Below are positions 50,933 through 64,000 of a DNA stretch of 64,000 bases, in pieces. Within the stretch, counting starts at the first letter, position 1. Each line of letters opens with the position of its first letter. Below the pieces are notes generated by a model. That model ran no database searches, had not been told where the DNA came from, and saw only the letters and a program-made list of their open reading frames with translations. This DNA comes from Felis catus (lineage: Eukaryota): NCBI RefSeq assembly GCF_018350175.1, contig NC_058373.1, positions 101,434,001 through 101,498,000 of the forward strand. The letters run 5' to 3'. Position numbers and translations under genes: made by a program.

Positions 50933-51275
50933 CACTGCAGTCTGGCTAACTCTGGTCATCTTTCCAGTCTCGACTTAAATACCCCTTCCTAACTTTAAGG
51001 CTATCTCTAAAATGGTCTCTCCTGACTCCCTGGCCCTGGGACAGATGCTCCTACAGAGCACCTGTTCCTCCGCCATTATGGCGTGCTTCACATTATATTA
51101 TAATCATTTCTTTATTTGTCTGTCTTCCTCCAGCAAAGTGTAACCACAGAAAAAGAAGGCACAGTGTTTATCTTATTAGCATTCTATCTACCAACACATA
51201 AATAATCATGAAAAAATTACAGAATGAATGGCAAAATAAAGATCCTGTTTTGGTTTTTTAAAAAATGTTACACAA

Positions 51276-51491
51276 GGGGCACCTGGGTGGCTCAGTCGGT
51301 TGAGCATCCGGCTTCGGCTCGGGTCACGATCTCACGGTTTGTGGGTTCGAGCCCTGAGTTGGGCTCTGTGCTGACAGCTCAGAGCCTGGAGCCTGCTTCA
51401 GATTCTGTCTTCTTCAAGCTCTCTGCCCCTCCCCCACTCATGCTCTGTCTCTGTCTCTGTCTCTTTCTCAAAAATAAATAAACATTTTTTA
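51276..51491 (+). mobile_element. Can-SINE (SINEC_Fc family)
   Basis: Canonical head; perfect TSD aaaaaatgttacacaa. Confidence 0.96.
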
Positions 51492-51696
51492 AAAAAATGT
51501 TACACAAATGCCAAAAAAAGTCTGAAAGACCAGTCACCAAAATACCGTCCACTGTGGCAGGATGGTGTGGGATTTTTATTTTCTTCATTATGCTTCCATT
51601 TAATTTTTATAAACACATTTGACTTTTTCTGTTTTTAAAAAAGTTATCACTTTGAAGAAAAAAAACATGGCTCTTACTATACTAATAACTGGTATC

Positions 51697-51915
51697 GGGG
51701 CGCCTGGGTGGCTCAGTTGGTTGAGTGTCCGACTTCAGCTCAGGTCATGATCTCTTGGTCTGTGGGTTCGAGCCCCGCATCGGGCTACGTGCTGACAGCT
51801 CAGAGCCTGGAGCCTGTTTCAGATTCCGTGTCTCCCTCTCTCTCTGCCCCTCCCCTGCTCAGGCTCCGTCTCTCTCTCTGTCAAAAATAAATAAACATAA
51901 AAAAATTTAATAAAA
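51697..51915 (+). mobile_element. Can-SINE (SINEC_Fc family)
   Basis: Canonical head; TSD aataactggtatc. Confidence 0.96.
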
Positions 51916-52434
51916 TAATAACTGGTATCAATAGACTCATCCCACATCATGACTTTATACTATAATTTATAGTGCATAAAGCAATTTTACATAAATGATT
52001 TTGTTTAATCTTGACCAAAAGTCAACAAAAGAAAAAAGGTAAGTATGAAATTCTGATTCCTACTGGATTGCAAAATAAAGCCAACCCTCTCAATCAAGAA
52101 TGAGAGCATGTGCCCTCACAGCCTGGGAACCCAGTTGTCTAACATTTCTTCTTCTCTAACATGTTCATTTTTGATGAGGTCTTGCCGGGCTGTGGGGAAA
52201 ACAGTGATATGGGGCAACCATATATAAGCTACCCCTCCCTATATTCCCTGAGTCTCACTGGCTACTTTCTCTGGGCTCACTTTTCTCTCCCTCCCTAGCC
52301 CTATTCATAAAAGAGAATATAATGCCTCTCCCGTGGCCTTATTTTCATCATTTGTTTGCACAAGCCTAATCTACAAGGCCAGCTAGAGTTAAAAGCCCTG
52401 TTTTCCCCTCACATCTCATGTTCCCCTTCTCTCC

Positions 52435-52670
52435 TATAATGATAACACTTCACATATGTATAGCACTTTCCAGAAGGCTTCCGCATACATCACCTCGCTG
52501 GATCCTCCCAACAAACCTTTGAGGTCTGCACATCAGATACTATTACCCCCATTTTAGAGATAAGGAAACCAAAACACAGAGAGGTTACATGACTTGCCAA
52601 AAATCACAGTTAGTTACTGATAAAGACAGGACTAGAATCTGGGTCCTTACAAAAAAGCCCAGAACCTTCT
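52435..52670. mobile_element. MIR
   Basis: gatcctcccaacaaacctttgagg...attacccccattttagagataaggaaaccaaaacacagagaggttacatgacttgcc. Confidence 0.85.
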
Positions 52671-53014
52671 GCATTTTTGCTTTGATCTTGCAGTTGAGTG
52701 TATGACCCACTGATAGAGCCCCGCAGAATCTACAGCTGGTTACGAACTAAACTGATGAGAGCAAGATTATGGGTCCAATTTCTGAGCAGGCCAGTTGTGA
52801 TCCTTGCGTTGAAGTGGGCTGATGTGTGCAGCACATCAGCAAATCAAAGACCTAAGTTACAAAACGGACTAGTTAGTTGAGAGTGTGTAGATGATTCAGC
52901 TCAATTCCATCATCATGGTGAGTTAAACACCTTAATTACCTATTCTTTTAAGCCCACATACACATATAAAACAACCATTTCTGTAAATAGACTATACAAA
53001 TCACTTTCTGTCGT

Positions 53015-53135
53015 CACAGAATTCTTGGGATGGTCCCAATTTATACCTATTGCTATGGTACAATTAATGGCTCTCCCTTTCTCTTTAAAAAAAAAAATGT
53101 CCCAGTGTGGAGGATAATTTATATGGTCATCCCAT
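53015..53135. mobile_element. MER94-like hAT-Blackjack MITE
   Basis: gggatggtcccaatttatacctattg...aaaatgtcccagtgtggaggataatttatatggtcatccc. Confidence 0.6.
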
Positions 53136-54090
53136 ATACATTTTACAGAGAACAAATGTGCAACTTCAGTAGACACTGAACAGTATTGATTTTCAAAATG
53201 GCAAGGCCCAAATGTTTTAAGAAGGGTTGCTGCTATTGAAATACACTGCTGGAAAACTTCCCAGTGTTAAATGGCCTTCGCTAAAGACACAGTAAGACAC
53301 ACATCCCTTTGTGTTCTGTTGGGCTCAGGTTTTTAAATGTAGTGAAATTCTGGCTAGCTTCAATCCATTTGCTAGATGATTTTGGTTTTCCGCACCCCAT
53401 TCCCCCACCTGATATTATATCTTTGTCTCATTGCTTATCAGAAGTCTCCCTTTCCACATTCATTTTTAAAAATGAGAAGAAACAAATTAGAATTCACATT
53501 TTTTGGCTTAAAATTATAATGTCTTCTACATTTCCCAAAGGAAATCCCGCCAAGGCAATAGCCTAGACCAGTAGCTGTTTGCCAAAAGGTAAGAGGTAAG
53601 ATTTTAGTGGTAATTCCAATTCAAGCCTTTGAGCTTGGGTCTTTTTCTCACCCATTTGAGATATGAGGAGAATACCTGCTCTCAAGTTGCTGAAAAACCA
53701 GGGGAGATGCCGTGACTCACACAATTGATGAACAATTGTATTTTGCTCTCCTTAGAAGTCCTAGTATTGCCTCGACATGCAGACCTGGTCCTTGCTCTCA
53801 GGAAGCTTACATTCTCATTCTGAAGGACAGGTACAAGATAGTACATAATTAAATGCTAAGAGCATACATTCAGAATTCAGTGTGTGCCGGCCTAAGGAGA
53901 AAGTGGTATTGGTTGGAGCAGTAAGCAATCAAGTCAGTGTTCATACTTTTTCCTAAGGGACACCTAGACATCTCAAGAAAATCATCGAAGGTTATACAGC
54001 CACTTTCTCAAGGTCTCCGTGGATTCCTAATCAATGTTCAGCTGAACTTTTCTGAGTTTTGCACTTGACTCCTCAGTGCACTTCATAGAA

Positions 54091-54092
<2 letters not shown>

Positions 54093-54130
<38 letters not shown>
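54093..54130. repeat. (CT)n microsatellite
   Basis: Read directly. Confidence 0.95.
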
Positions 54131-54136
<6 letters not shown>

Positions 54137-54569
54137 TTTTTCTTTTCTTTTTTTGGATGAATCCAATTCATTGTCTGAGCAAGCAAGGATGGCAAAATGC
54201 ATATTCTGCTGAGGGAGATTCTGTGAGCCCTTTTTGCAAAGATCTGTCTTCCCCTATCACTGTAACAAGCATAACCAGACCACAGTCCTTTCTGCAGTCT
54301 ACATATATAAAGATTATGTCTAAAAGACATAAGTAAACACATCCCAACCCATATCCCAGTAGAAAACAGACAGGAAGAGACATAGAACCTCAGATTCTTT
54401 GAAGCAAGAATTTAGCTATTCTGCAGTAATAGATCTCTCTTACAATCATCAATCATCCAGCATTACTGAGTACCTACCAGATTCTCAAGTCAGGCACTAT
54501 GATAATCTCTGCCCCACAGGAATACCTGAACTGGGGTAGTATTTCAATAGAGCTCATAGCCAGACACCA

Positions 54570-54738
54570 GACTGAGCTCCTTACACAGACTAATCCTTAA
54601 ATTATCTTCCCAGTTAGCCCCATTTTACAGATGAGGAAACAAATGCTCAGAGAAAATACTGTGCCCAAGGTTGCAGAGTGGTAGAGTAGGATTCAACCAG
54701 GGTTTGGGGGTTTCAAAGCCTCTGCTCTTTTTACCAAC
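54570..54738. mobile_element. MIR
   Basis: cccattttacagatgaggaaacaaatgctcagaga...gcccaaggttgcagagtggtagagtaggattcaa. Confidence 0.85.
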
Positions 54739-55457
54739 CATCCCGAGTTTCCTTTGTTCTCATTTTAATTGAGAGCCCTGTTAGTTGGCACTGCTCAAGA
54801 GAGGGATCTGATAACTGGATGTTTTTTCCACCAGATCCTCCCAGAAGAAGATGTCCTAACTTCAGTGCAACAAAAACCTGAGCGATAACATCAGATTTTG
54901 CCAGAATGAAGTTACATCCTGGCTGTCATACAGAAATCCAGGCCTCCGACAGTGAGCACACTATTATGTCACATTCTTTCAACAGCTCCAGGGGAACAGA
55001 GGAAAACAATGACGTGGGTAATTTAAAATAATAGAGGATTAAAAAAAAAAAAAAAAAGCTTTGTATCTGTCTTTTGAATTAATTATATAATTATTTGAGT
55101 TCCTCTCCACGTTTTTCAAATGTTAAATTACAATTATTCTGTAGTTACTAGAACAGTGTTAGCTGAGTATTAAAGCAAGTCAGCCAAGAAAACACTGGAC
55201 AGCTGAGAAATAATTCGGGGCCCAGCTTCCATGATGCCAGAACACTGGTGGCATCAAGCAGGTCACTAACTTGTCTGGCCCTCAGCTTCCTCAAGAAGAA
55301 AATGAAGGGGTCGAACTAGAAGATTTATTTATTCAGTAACTATTGATTATCAATACACGGTCCTGGCTCTCGGGTTGTTTACAGTCTAGTGGAAGAGACA
55401 GATAAGAGGTCAAACAATTTCAATACAATGTGACAACTGCTATAAAAAGGTAGAGAG

Positions 55458-55660
55458 GGGGTGCCTGGGTGGCTCAGTTGGTTGAGCATCTGACTCTTGA
55501 CTTCGGCTCAGGTCACGATCCCAGTTTGTGAGTTCAAGCCCAGTGTCGGGCTCTGCACTGACAGTGTGGAGCCTGCTTGGGATTCTCTCTCTCCCTCTCT
55601 CTCTCTCTCTGCCCCTCCCCGGCTCTCTCTCTCAAAATAAATAAATAAACTTTAAAAAAA
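55458..55660 (+). mobile_element. Can-SINE (within an L2 fragment spanning ~55320-56450)
   Basis: GGGGTGCCTGGGTGGCTCAGTTGGTTGAG head; aaaaaggta flanking repeat. Confidence 0.95.
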
Positions 55661-55771
55661 AAGGTAAATAGAGGATGTTGTGGAAGCGCATAATTCATTT
55701 GCAGGGTACAGGAGAGGGGTACACTGTAGAGTGAGTGACACGGAAAGCAGAGGCATAAAAAACCAAAGGCA

Positions 55772-55975
55772 GGGGCGCCTGGGTGGCGCAGTCGGTTAAG
55801 CGTCCGGCTTCAGCCAGGTCACGATCTCGCGGTCTGTGAGTTCGAGCCCCGCGTCAGGCTCTGGGCTGACGGCTCAGAGCCTGGAGCCTGTTTCCGATTC
55901 TGTGTCTCTCTCCCTCTCTGCCCCTCCCCCGTTCATGCTCTGTCTGTCTCTGTCCCAAAAATAAATAAACGTTTT

Positions 55976-55998
<23 letters not shown>
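55772..55998 (+). mobile_element. Young Can-SINE (SINEC_Fc)
   Basis: CpG-intact young head, (CAAAA)n tail; perfect TSD aaaaaaccaaaggca. Confidence 0.97.
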
Positions 55999-56007
<9 letters not shown>

Positions 56008-56519
56008 AAAGGCAAAGTGTGCATATGCAGAGGGTAGAGCCCGAGCAATGACCTAGGCAGATAGAACAGTGAGGGCAAAGGCCTGGCAGGGGCTTTCATG
56101 GTTCCTTATGAACCATACAACTTGCTTCATATGTCTGCTTTGTGAAAAAGGCATCTGGGAGTGGACGTAGAGGGGACGGACAGGAAGGGGGGGTACCCAT
56201 CATCAGAAGTCCAAACCAAAAGGAGTTTGCACTTTATTCATTTCTTCAGAAGTTATTTATTGATCTTACTATGGGACAGGCATTTTTCTAGGTTCTGGGG
56301 TTACCAGAAGAGTAAACAAGAGTAATAGGTTCCTATTTTTACTGAGCAAAATAAGAATCCATTCAAGGGTTAAAGCAGGGAAATGTCATGGTCAGAGTTT
56401 TAGAAACAGTACAATGGTTGCAGGGTAGGAATGGCTTGGAGAAGGATAAGACTCTTTCAGCTGTAAAATTCTGACTCCATGATTTAAAACTCAGGATATA
56501 ATAAATCATAAAACTTCCA

Positions 56520-56820
56520 TGTTAATATTTATATTATGCATTATATATATTTTGTCATTATATGTCATAAATATATATGTCACATATATTTATATCATAT
56601 ATAAATACATACATAAATATATAATTAGATAGCTATAAAAGTATATAATTATGTTATTAGATATATATAAAAATATTTAATTAGATATATATCTGTTATC
56701 TAAATATATATATCTAAATATCTGTTATCTAGATATACATCTAAATATGTACCTGTAATATATATATATAAATTTATATATTTTTATTTATATTATTTAG
56801 GTATATTTAGATAACAGATT
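56520..56820. repeat. AT-rich low-complexity tract with internal direct and inverted repeats
   Basis: atctgttatcta occurs twice (56691, 56720) and once inverted (within 56802-56819). Confidence 0.9.
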
Positions 56821-58194
56821 TCTTTGCAAGTGTTCAATAAATTGAGTGGGTTCTTTCCCCTGTTGTATGTTCAGATATGGGAACATTTTATTGGGTGGGG
56901 AAGGAAAAAGAGCCCACATATTGTACAGTGAGGACACACTAGAGACAATGGGGAGAAGTAGGTATTAATAATGCACACTTTACAAATGAGGAATACAAAT
57001 GAGTCTCAAATTTCATTCACTCTAAATGTCATTGGGTGAGAACAGGGTAAAGCCAAGGTTCAAATCTGATTTTCTGGTTTGTTTGTTGTACATCAAAGCC
57101 CATACTGTTTTATGTACCAAAGCATAATTATAACATAATCACCATTCTCCCTGAGCTCTTAGAAGACTAGTAAAAAATAACTCGTGGGTATCAGCTGGTT
57201 GGCTGATTTTTCATGTAAGTATGTCCTACTTTCAATAAAGTGCAAAACTTCAGATGTTCAGATACCGTGTGCATCTCAAAACTCTTTAGTGAGTTTATGG
57301 AAAACAGAATTCACATCTAGTCTCTCAAGTCCGTCAAATATTGGAAGTGGGAGTTTGAGGTAAGGAGAAAGTAGCATTTTCCTTGGAGTGGACATGCACA
57401 GGTAAGGAAGAGGGAATCAAGCCTTGAAAAATATTTAGTTCTTCCTAGAAAGTTGTTTTCCAGCACAAGAAATACTGCTTTCAAGTACAAGAATTCCCTG
57501 AGCTTCCTGAAAATAAACCAAAAATAAATAATAAAAACCACCTCAGGCCTCAGAGTCCACTCCTGCTCTGCTCACTTAGCATTTCTGCTTCTCCTGGTGC
57601 ATTGGCTTCCATCCCCTCCCCACAGAAACCCAGCTCTCACTCACCAAGGCTGGGGGGTAGGTTTACAAGGCCTCCAGGAGCCTGGTGGCCTCCACATACA
57701 TCCTGGTCCCCACCCACCACCCCCAGATCTTCCGGAGTGCCCTGCTTCCTGTCCTGGAGCTAAGCCCCTTACAAGACTCACAGGAGGTGGGATGCTTTCT
57801 TTTCAGGCCCTGAAGGTCTCTGTTTCCTTGCAAGTAAGACACCTACTGTAATTTATAAGTTAGCTATAACCATTGAGTACCGGAAAGACTGAGCATCTTT
57901 TTTGTTTATTTGGTTTGTTCTTATGTAAAGTATAGTATTCAATCACATCTGCTCACACCCAAATGTAGCAGATTTTGTCAGTTGCTTACCCAGAATTTCT
58001 AACCCCAGATTTTCTTTGGACAATCCACACAGTACACACAGCCTTATGCTTTCTTAAACTAGTCATGCTAATCCCATTCCCCTTGCTAGGAAGTGGTTTT
58101 AGCAGTGAGCATTTGCTGCAGCAAATCTGGCCAATGAGATGAGAGAAGGCTGCTGACAGGAGAGGAAGGTGTCTGAGACAGGCTACCTTGCTAG

Positions 58195-58300
58195 AAGAGA
58201 AAGAAAGAAAAAAAAGAGAGAAGGAGAGAAGGAAAAAAGAAGGACGGAAGGAAGGGAGGGAGGGAGGAAGGAAGGGAGGGAAGAAGGAGAAAAAAGAGGC
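58195..58300. repeat. GA-rich low-complexity tract
   Basis: Read directly. Confidence 0.9.
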
Positions 58301-58329
58301 ACCTAAGAGGAAGCAGCCTCTTCTTCCTC

Positions 58330-58560
58330 CAGGTCTGACAACTGTAACTATCTCGCAACCATGAAGGGAAACCATCTGAGACCAGAGCTGACATGCACAA
58401 GATAGCAGAGCAAGAAGATGGAAAGAACCTGGGTCTTTGAATTTACCAACCCTGGAGCTCCCTGGCTACTGGACTTCTTCTTATGGGAAGTAAGAACTTT
58501 GTCTCATCTTTAAGTCATTTTGAGTCAGTCTTTCCGTGTGCTCGAAAATGACCTGATCCA
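58330..58560 (+). mobile_element. MaLR LTR fragment (MLT1J-like)
   Basis: gcaaccatgaaggg...gatagcagagcaagaagatggaaagaacctgggtctttga...accaaccctggagc...tggacttcttcttatggga. Confidence 0.7.
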
Positions 58561-59777
58561 CTGCAGAACTGATGCGTGGACAACAAGCTTATTAGTGTGA
58601 GATCAAGAAGCCAGGCATGGGAAGATCTAACAAGAAAGGAAGCTTTTGCTATCAAAGCAGTAGAAATTCTGGGTAAAACATAATATCTGTCAGTTAAATT
58701 TGTCTTCCGGTCGAGACATCTGTTGGGTTTAAGGATCCTGAATAAGTATTCAAAGAACCATTCATTAAAAAAAAAATTCCATAAGCAGCATCCTCCCTCC
58801 CTTCAGGACCCACTTCAACAGAGTGCACCATAGAGGGAGATTCTTCCCTGGTTTAAAACCAAACATTTGACAGGTTGGGAAACTCTCTGGCTTCACTGCT
58901 CTGCTTCACTGAGAGACACTAGTGCTCAGCAGATATCCCCCAGAGAGGTGCTGAGGGAGAGAGCATCGGGGGTGTCCGTGGAGCCGGCGGAGGCTGGAGA
59001 GGTGGGAGAAGTCCCCCACCCCACCCCGTAGCAGACATGATGTCCAGCAGGGCAGCACAGAACCTGTCAGAGGACGGTGATGACCAGTGGCTCATGGAAC
59101 TGCCTAACAGGATGAGCAGAGTTTGATTGTGACCACATACAAGATCTGCTTTGGGCACTCCCAGAGATACCTAGGAGAATATTGCTGGGAACTGGGAACC
59201 CAGGCCCTTGCACCATTAGGTGGGAGCAAAGGCAAAGGAAGTTTGAGCGATTGCTGTTTCTGTCACTTCATCCATACCCACAGGTGGCTAGGAAGAAAGT
59301 GAGAGAGGAGAGAAAAAGCCTTTGTGGCCCATTAGGAAAGGAGCCAGCATAATATTTTCATGGAAGTTCCAGCAAAATAATACCTCAGAAGTTTAGATAG
59401 AGTCTGAAACTTCCCATGGAGTAGTTTTTTCTTTGATTCTATCCAAGCAGGATCATACCCAAGGAGACAGAAAAGGGCAACATATTGAGAGGAGAAGAAT
59501 CTGCTAACAAAATCAACCTTCAGATAATTCTGGTAACAGAAATCATTGCCTGAAACTTTACTTCACATTTTTAATCAGAGAAACCAAAAAAGGAAGCACC
59601 ACTGAGATTTAGTCGTAGAGGTTTTTAAGTTATATATATTTGGGACAAGTGACCTGGGACTATAACACTAGAAGAATTAAGCCTCCCAAAATTTACTTTG
59701 AATTCATACTGAAACAATATCATGAGTAATTAAGTTCCCAAATCTGCTTTCCTTATTGGCTCTAACCCACATCATCT

Positions 59778-59780
<3 letters not shown>

Positions 59781-59825
<45 letters not shown>
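59781..59825. repeat. (GT)n microsatellite
   Basis: Read directly. Confidence 0.97.
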
Positions 59826-59827
<2 letters not shown>

Positions 59828-60175
59828 CGTGTGTCTTCAAAGACCCAATATCATGATAAACAGCATCCCATCTCTCTCACTTGGCCTTGATGGACCCTAC
59901 CAAAAGAGAAACTGGGAGGTCAAAGCTCATCTTTGCCTAAACCTGGAACAGAAAGCCCTGATTTCTACAATCAAGAATCTAGTGAAAAAAGCAAAATAGC
60001 AACATGATGCCATCAAAATGGTCTCAGATGACAAAAAAAAAAATAGTGACACAATTATCAAAACCTTGTATCTTAATCTTTTTACCTTCCTAAATTTCAT
60101 AAAATAAAATCACACTTCAGGGAAAGGTTGAGGTAAGTGGGAAATAATATATTTATTTCAAAAATGTCCATTCCA

Positions 60176-60398
60176 GGGTCACTTGGGTGGCTCAGTTGGT
60201 TAAGCATCTGACTCTTGATGTCAGCTCAGGTCATGATCTCTCAGTTCATGAGATCAAGACCCACGTTGGGCTCAGTGCTGGCAGCATAGAGTCTGCTTAG
60301 GATTCTCTCTGCCCCTCTCTCTCTCTGCCCCTCCCTGGTGCGCATGCATGCTCTCTCTCTCTCTCTCTCTTCCAAAAAATAAATAAATAAACTTAAAA
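60176..60398 (+). mobile_element. Can-SINE
   Basis: cttgggtggctcagttggttaagcatctgactcttga head; TSD aaaaatg(t/c)ccattc. Confidence 0.95.
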
Positions 60399-61174
60399 AA
60401 AAATGCCCATTCTGAAAAAATGGAGCAGGGAGGCAGGCACTAATTATGGCATGGTCTAAAGCAAGGTTAACTTGTTAATTAACTTAAAGAACTTGTAATT
60501 TTTTTAAGTACCTACAATGATTCCAAAAGGAAGGTTCTAGCCCCTGGTGTTGGCTTGTAGGGAGTGAGACTTGTATCAGGGTCAGGTTCCACAGGCTCAG
60601 TCAGGACCAGGCTGGACCATTAGAGTCCCGGAGGCAAGAGGCAGAGTCTGGGTAAAAATACAGAACCATGTTTGAGAGATCATGTGGGGATCAAACCAAA
60701 AATGTGGAATACAACACAAGACCACAGGGCTGGCTCCAGGCCAGGAAGAAGAAAAAAAGTCAGGAGAGTGAAGGAAGAGAAGGGGGGAAAGTAGTGTTCA
60801 AGGTAGTCGAGTTCAGAAAGTTTATTGTGTAAAGATCAGGTGCCCAAAAGATTCTCCTAGCAGGTCTGGTCACATGCATGTGAATGGCAGCCCGGCTTAA
60901 AGGAACAGATAAAGTTAAAATGGAATGGCTCAAGGGAAAATAAATGCCAGAATAACTCTGGCCTTTCCGTCTCCACTCTCAACCATCTTGACTCTCCATC
61001 TCACTTCTCATCCATAAAATACATAGCCAACAAATAACTCCTGAATATAGACAGGCATCTTATAAACAAATAAATTTTTTAAAATGCAATTTTAAGCAGA
61101 GTTTCAAATAAGTTGCAGGGGAGGTACAAAAGAAGAAAAATCACTTTGAGTGAAGACGAGAACAGAAGAAAATA

Positions 61175-61345
61175 CAATAAAATTTTTGAGCTCCTGTATG
61201 TGCCAGGCACAGATTCTCCCCACAGTCCAGAAATATTATTAGCCCTTGTCATTGTATGAGGAAGCTGAGACTCAAAATGTCCATCCCCAGATAGTCCAGG
61301 GGAGACAGATGCAAGGCCAAATATGACTCCAAAGCTTCCTCTTGA
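61175..61345. mobile_element. MIR fragment
   Basis: tttttgagctcctgtatgtgccaggcac...atgaggaagctgagactca...tgactccaaagc. Confidence 0.6.
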
Positions 61346-62469
61346 GAGAACCAGGGAAGATTCATGCCAAGGAAATGGCATGTGGTCTGAAGCTTGTAAG
61401 AGGGCTAGGAGAAGCTAAACGGACACGGCCAGAGCTGAGCATTCCGGGAGAAGAAGCAAAGTGAGCAAATGAGGAAAGGTAGGAAAGGCAAATACTGTCA
61501 GAAAATGCAGAGTAGAGTTAGCTGAAACAGCATGCAACAAGAAGAGCCACAGAAGAGAGCAGTATAAGGATAAGTCGCCATCAGAGCCTGCAAATTTTTC
61601 CCCACAAACCCATGTGTCACCCTTGCGCTACCTTTGCGTTCTACGGACACTTCGAAGGGTCCTCTCAAGCAAATCCTTGCAGGTCAAATTAAAGGTCATA
61701 CCAACTTTTCCGGACTCCTTCACTTGCCCCCAATCCCACACTGGGGCTCTCCTGGAGTCAGGGGAAGACTGGAAACAAAGGCTCAATCAACCTGGCAAAC
61801 ATCCAAGGGAGATCTCATTCTTGGGCTTTTACGGCGTGTTTTGTTTTCAAAGAATATTTCAGCTTCTGGAATATCACACTTATTTAAAATTCTATGATCT
61901 ATAGTGATGAAACTCCTCAGTTCATCCCTGGGGCTCCCAGGCTGTCACATAAACTAGTGTTTTACTTCTAGCATATACCTTAGAGAGTCTGAAGACTACT
62001 GGAGCTTTTACATGTGTCCCTGAGAGGGTCACAGTGTTGCCATCCCTCTGCAGGCTTCCTCTGCAGCCTGTGCCTCTGACCTCTGTGCTCATCTGTTTCC
62101 CATGATTCCTACTGGGCCCCAGGGCGGAGCAGTATAACATAGTACAGCATAATTCACTTTTATAGAACATCCTTCATGCAAGCTATCACAGGGAGCTAAT
62201 CAAATGCTGACGAGAAAGGGTCTGCAGCGGGATAAGATTTAAAGGGAGGAACTGATTTAGTGGCTCTGGGGGCAAAAAAGAAATTTCAGATAGATGGGTT
62301 AGGAGAAAGGAAAGAACAACCCCCGCTGTGGTCAAATGTGGGTGGAAAGAAGTGGCTACGTCTCAGAAAAAGAACACGGAGGGGTAGAGAAGCAGCTGGC
62401 ATCCCGAGAAATTACCAATACTTTCACAAGTAGAGGTGATTTGGATGTCATTCAGGAAAGTAAACGAAT

Positions 62470-63062
62470 CATTAGAAAGTCTTTAGGTCCAAGGAACAGA
62501 AACCCCAGTCCAAAATTATTTGAACAGGAAGTGTTATTATGTCACATAATAAGATGTCCTAAGACAGAGTGGTCAGGTTAATTCAGTGATCTAATAATGT
62601 CATCAAAGTCCTGGACTCTTGACTTCTTTCTACTCTGAAGCCCACAGTGTCCTCACACTGGTATTCCCAGTGTGAGTACTGTGACTGGTATTCCCCAGGT
62701 CACAGGAAGGCTGACACAGTTCCAAGTGTCACACCTAGCTATGGCAACATGTAGGCACAACAATAGGAGACAACAGAAGAAGGAGAGGCTGTTTCCCAGG
62801 CGGTCCCCTTTTAAGAGTGAGGAAATTCATCATCCCAGAAGCCCCAGCAGACTTAGCCCTGAGGTCCCTTTGGCCAGCATTGGAGTCTAATCCCTTTCTA
62901 AACCGATCTCTAGCCAGAAGAATAGGATCACCATGATTGGTTTAGACTAATCAAGATTCTCTTCTAAGTCCCTTAAGAGAAAGGTGGACCCCCAAATCAA
63001 GGCTTTGCCCATAAGGAAAAGGAAACGGTGGCAACTGAGATATCAACCCACCATATCTCATA
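62470..63062 (-). mobile_element. Old MaLR LTR (MLT1K/L-like)
   Basis: ggaacagaaacccc...ggttaattcagtgatctaataatgtcatcaaag...cccagaagccccagcagactt...aggatcaccatgattggtttagactaatca. Confidence 0.65.
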
Positions 63063-64000
63063 CAAAAGTAATGCAAAATAGGCATTGTGCCTGTTGACCC
63101 CTGGAGGAAAAGCATACATCCAATACCTAATTACCTACAAAATTCAGATGAATTGTTTAGAATTAGGAAGATCACGGTGGGGGAAAAACTCCTATATTGA
63201 GAAAGAAAATAAGAATTTCTAAGTACAAGGGCATATCAGGAAGAGGCGGGGGTAGGGGGTTGGAGAGCTGAATTTTGGCCTCCTTCTAGAGTGAAATTAA
63301 ACATATTTAAAGATGGGAGGAAAGTATGTTTGGGATGAAGGATTTCTGCTCTTGGCAGATGAGGCATGGAAAGGGAAAATTTCTATTCTGAATTAAAGAA
63401 TGTAATGGTAGAGTCAGAGCCTTTGAGAGCAAGAATCTCCTGTTTCTGGAGGGGAAAGGGAGATATGCAAGAATGCAGAGCCAAATATCAATCCAGGGAC
63501 ATGGATATGAGAACTTCTACAAAGTCCAAAGCAAGGACTTGAATGAAACCCACAGGAACAGGAGGAAGACACATTTTTGGTGAGTGTGGAACCAACCTGT
63601 GAACTTTACAGGTTCTGAGCTTTTTGCTAATGCTGAAACTTCGGGGGTTTGAGTTCATTTACTCTGTGCAAAATTCACCTTCCAAGTACCAAGAAAAAAA
63701 AATTGGCTCCAAAGATTACTGAACACCAAACTAGCTCTTAAGGAACCACACAGGGATGAGTTAAGTGTAAATGAATCACAAACACACAGATTGAATTTCT
63801 CCTAAACTGCACCAGAGTTTAAAGGCCAAGGGAAAAAGCACTTGAGGCAAAAGACATTTTGGCTTTTGCAGAACCTAAAACATTTTTAATGAGTTTGAAT
63901 TCATTCAATTAACTTAGGGTTCAGCCGAGTTCTTTCTTCCAAATCTGGTGTTCAGCCTAGCGATATATATATACAGCTGCCATTCTAGAGCCACTCCGCC

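Larger units (their letters stand above)
49990..51232. mobile_element. L2 fragment interrupted by an LTR16-like element and a SINE
   Basis: tttctaaaacacaaat...cagatcatgtctct...tcccaatggtcttgggacagagtccaa; resumes ctggctaactc...cttaaataccccttcct...agaatgaatg. Confidence 0.65.

Overview
Mammalian, AT-rich, essentially non-coding genomic DNA from a felid (cat lineage), judged from about 19 tRNA-derived Can-SINEs (SINEC_Fc-type, most with visible target-site duplications) and a felid-type L1 3' end. I recognise no protein-coding exon, known miRNA hairpin or structural RNA gene; the listed ORFs are mostly repeat-derived or chance. The flanks (1-23.7 kb and 48.6-64 kb) are dense in SINE, L1, L2, MIR, MaLR/ERVL LTR and hAT fossils. 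The central ~25 kb (23.7-48.6 kb) is markedly poorer in repeats. It holds CpG-enriched patches, a consensus CTCF motif, a clustered STAT3/NF-kB/AP-1 element, a TATA/G-quadruplex/kB promoter-like region and a MIR-derived candidate exon with consensus splice sites. This fits an inflammation-responsive enhancer cluster and/or lncRNA locus, which I cannot name from sequence alone. Other notable items are an L1 whose 5' end is joined directly to its 3' tail, re-used insertion sites, a 105-bp tandem duplication and an AT-rich inverted repeat. Repeat subfamily names come from remembered consensus sequences and need RepeatMasker/Dfam confirmation.
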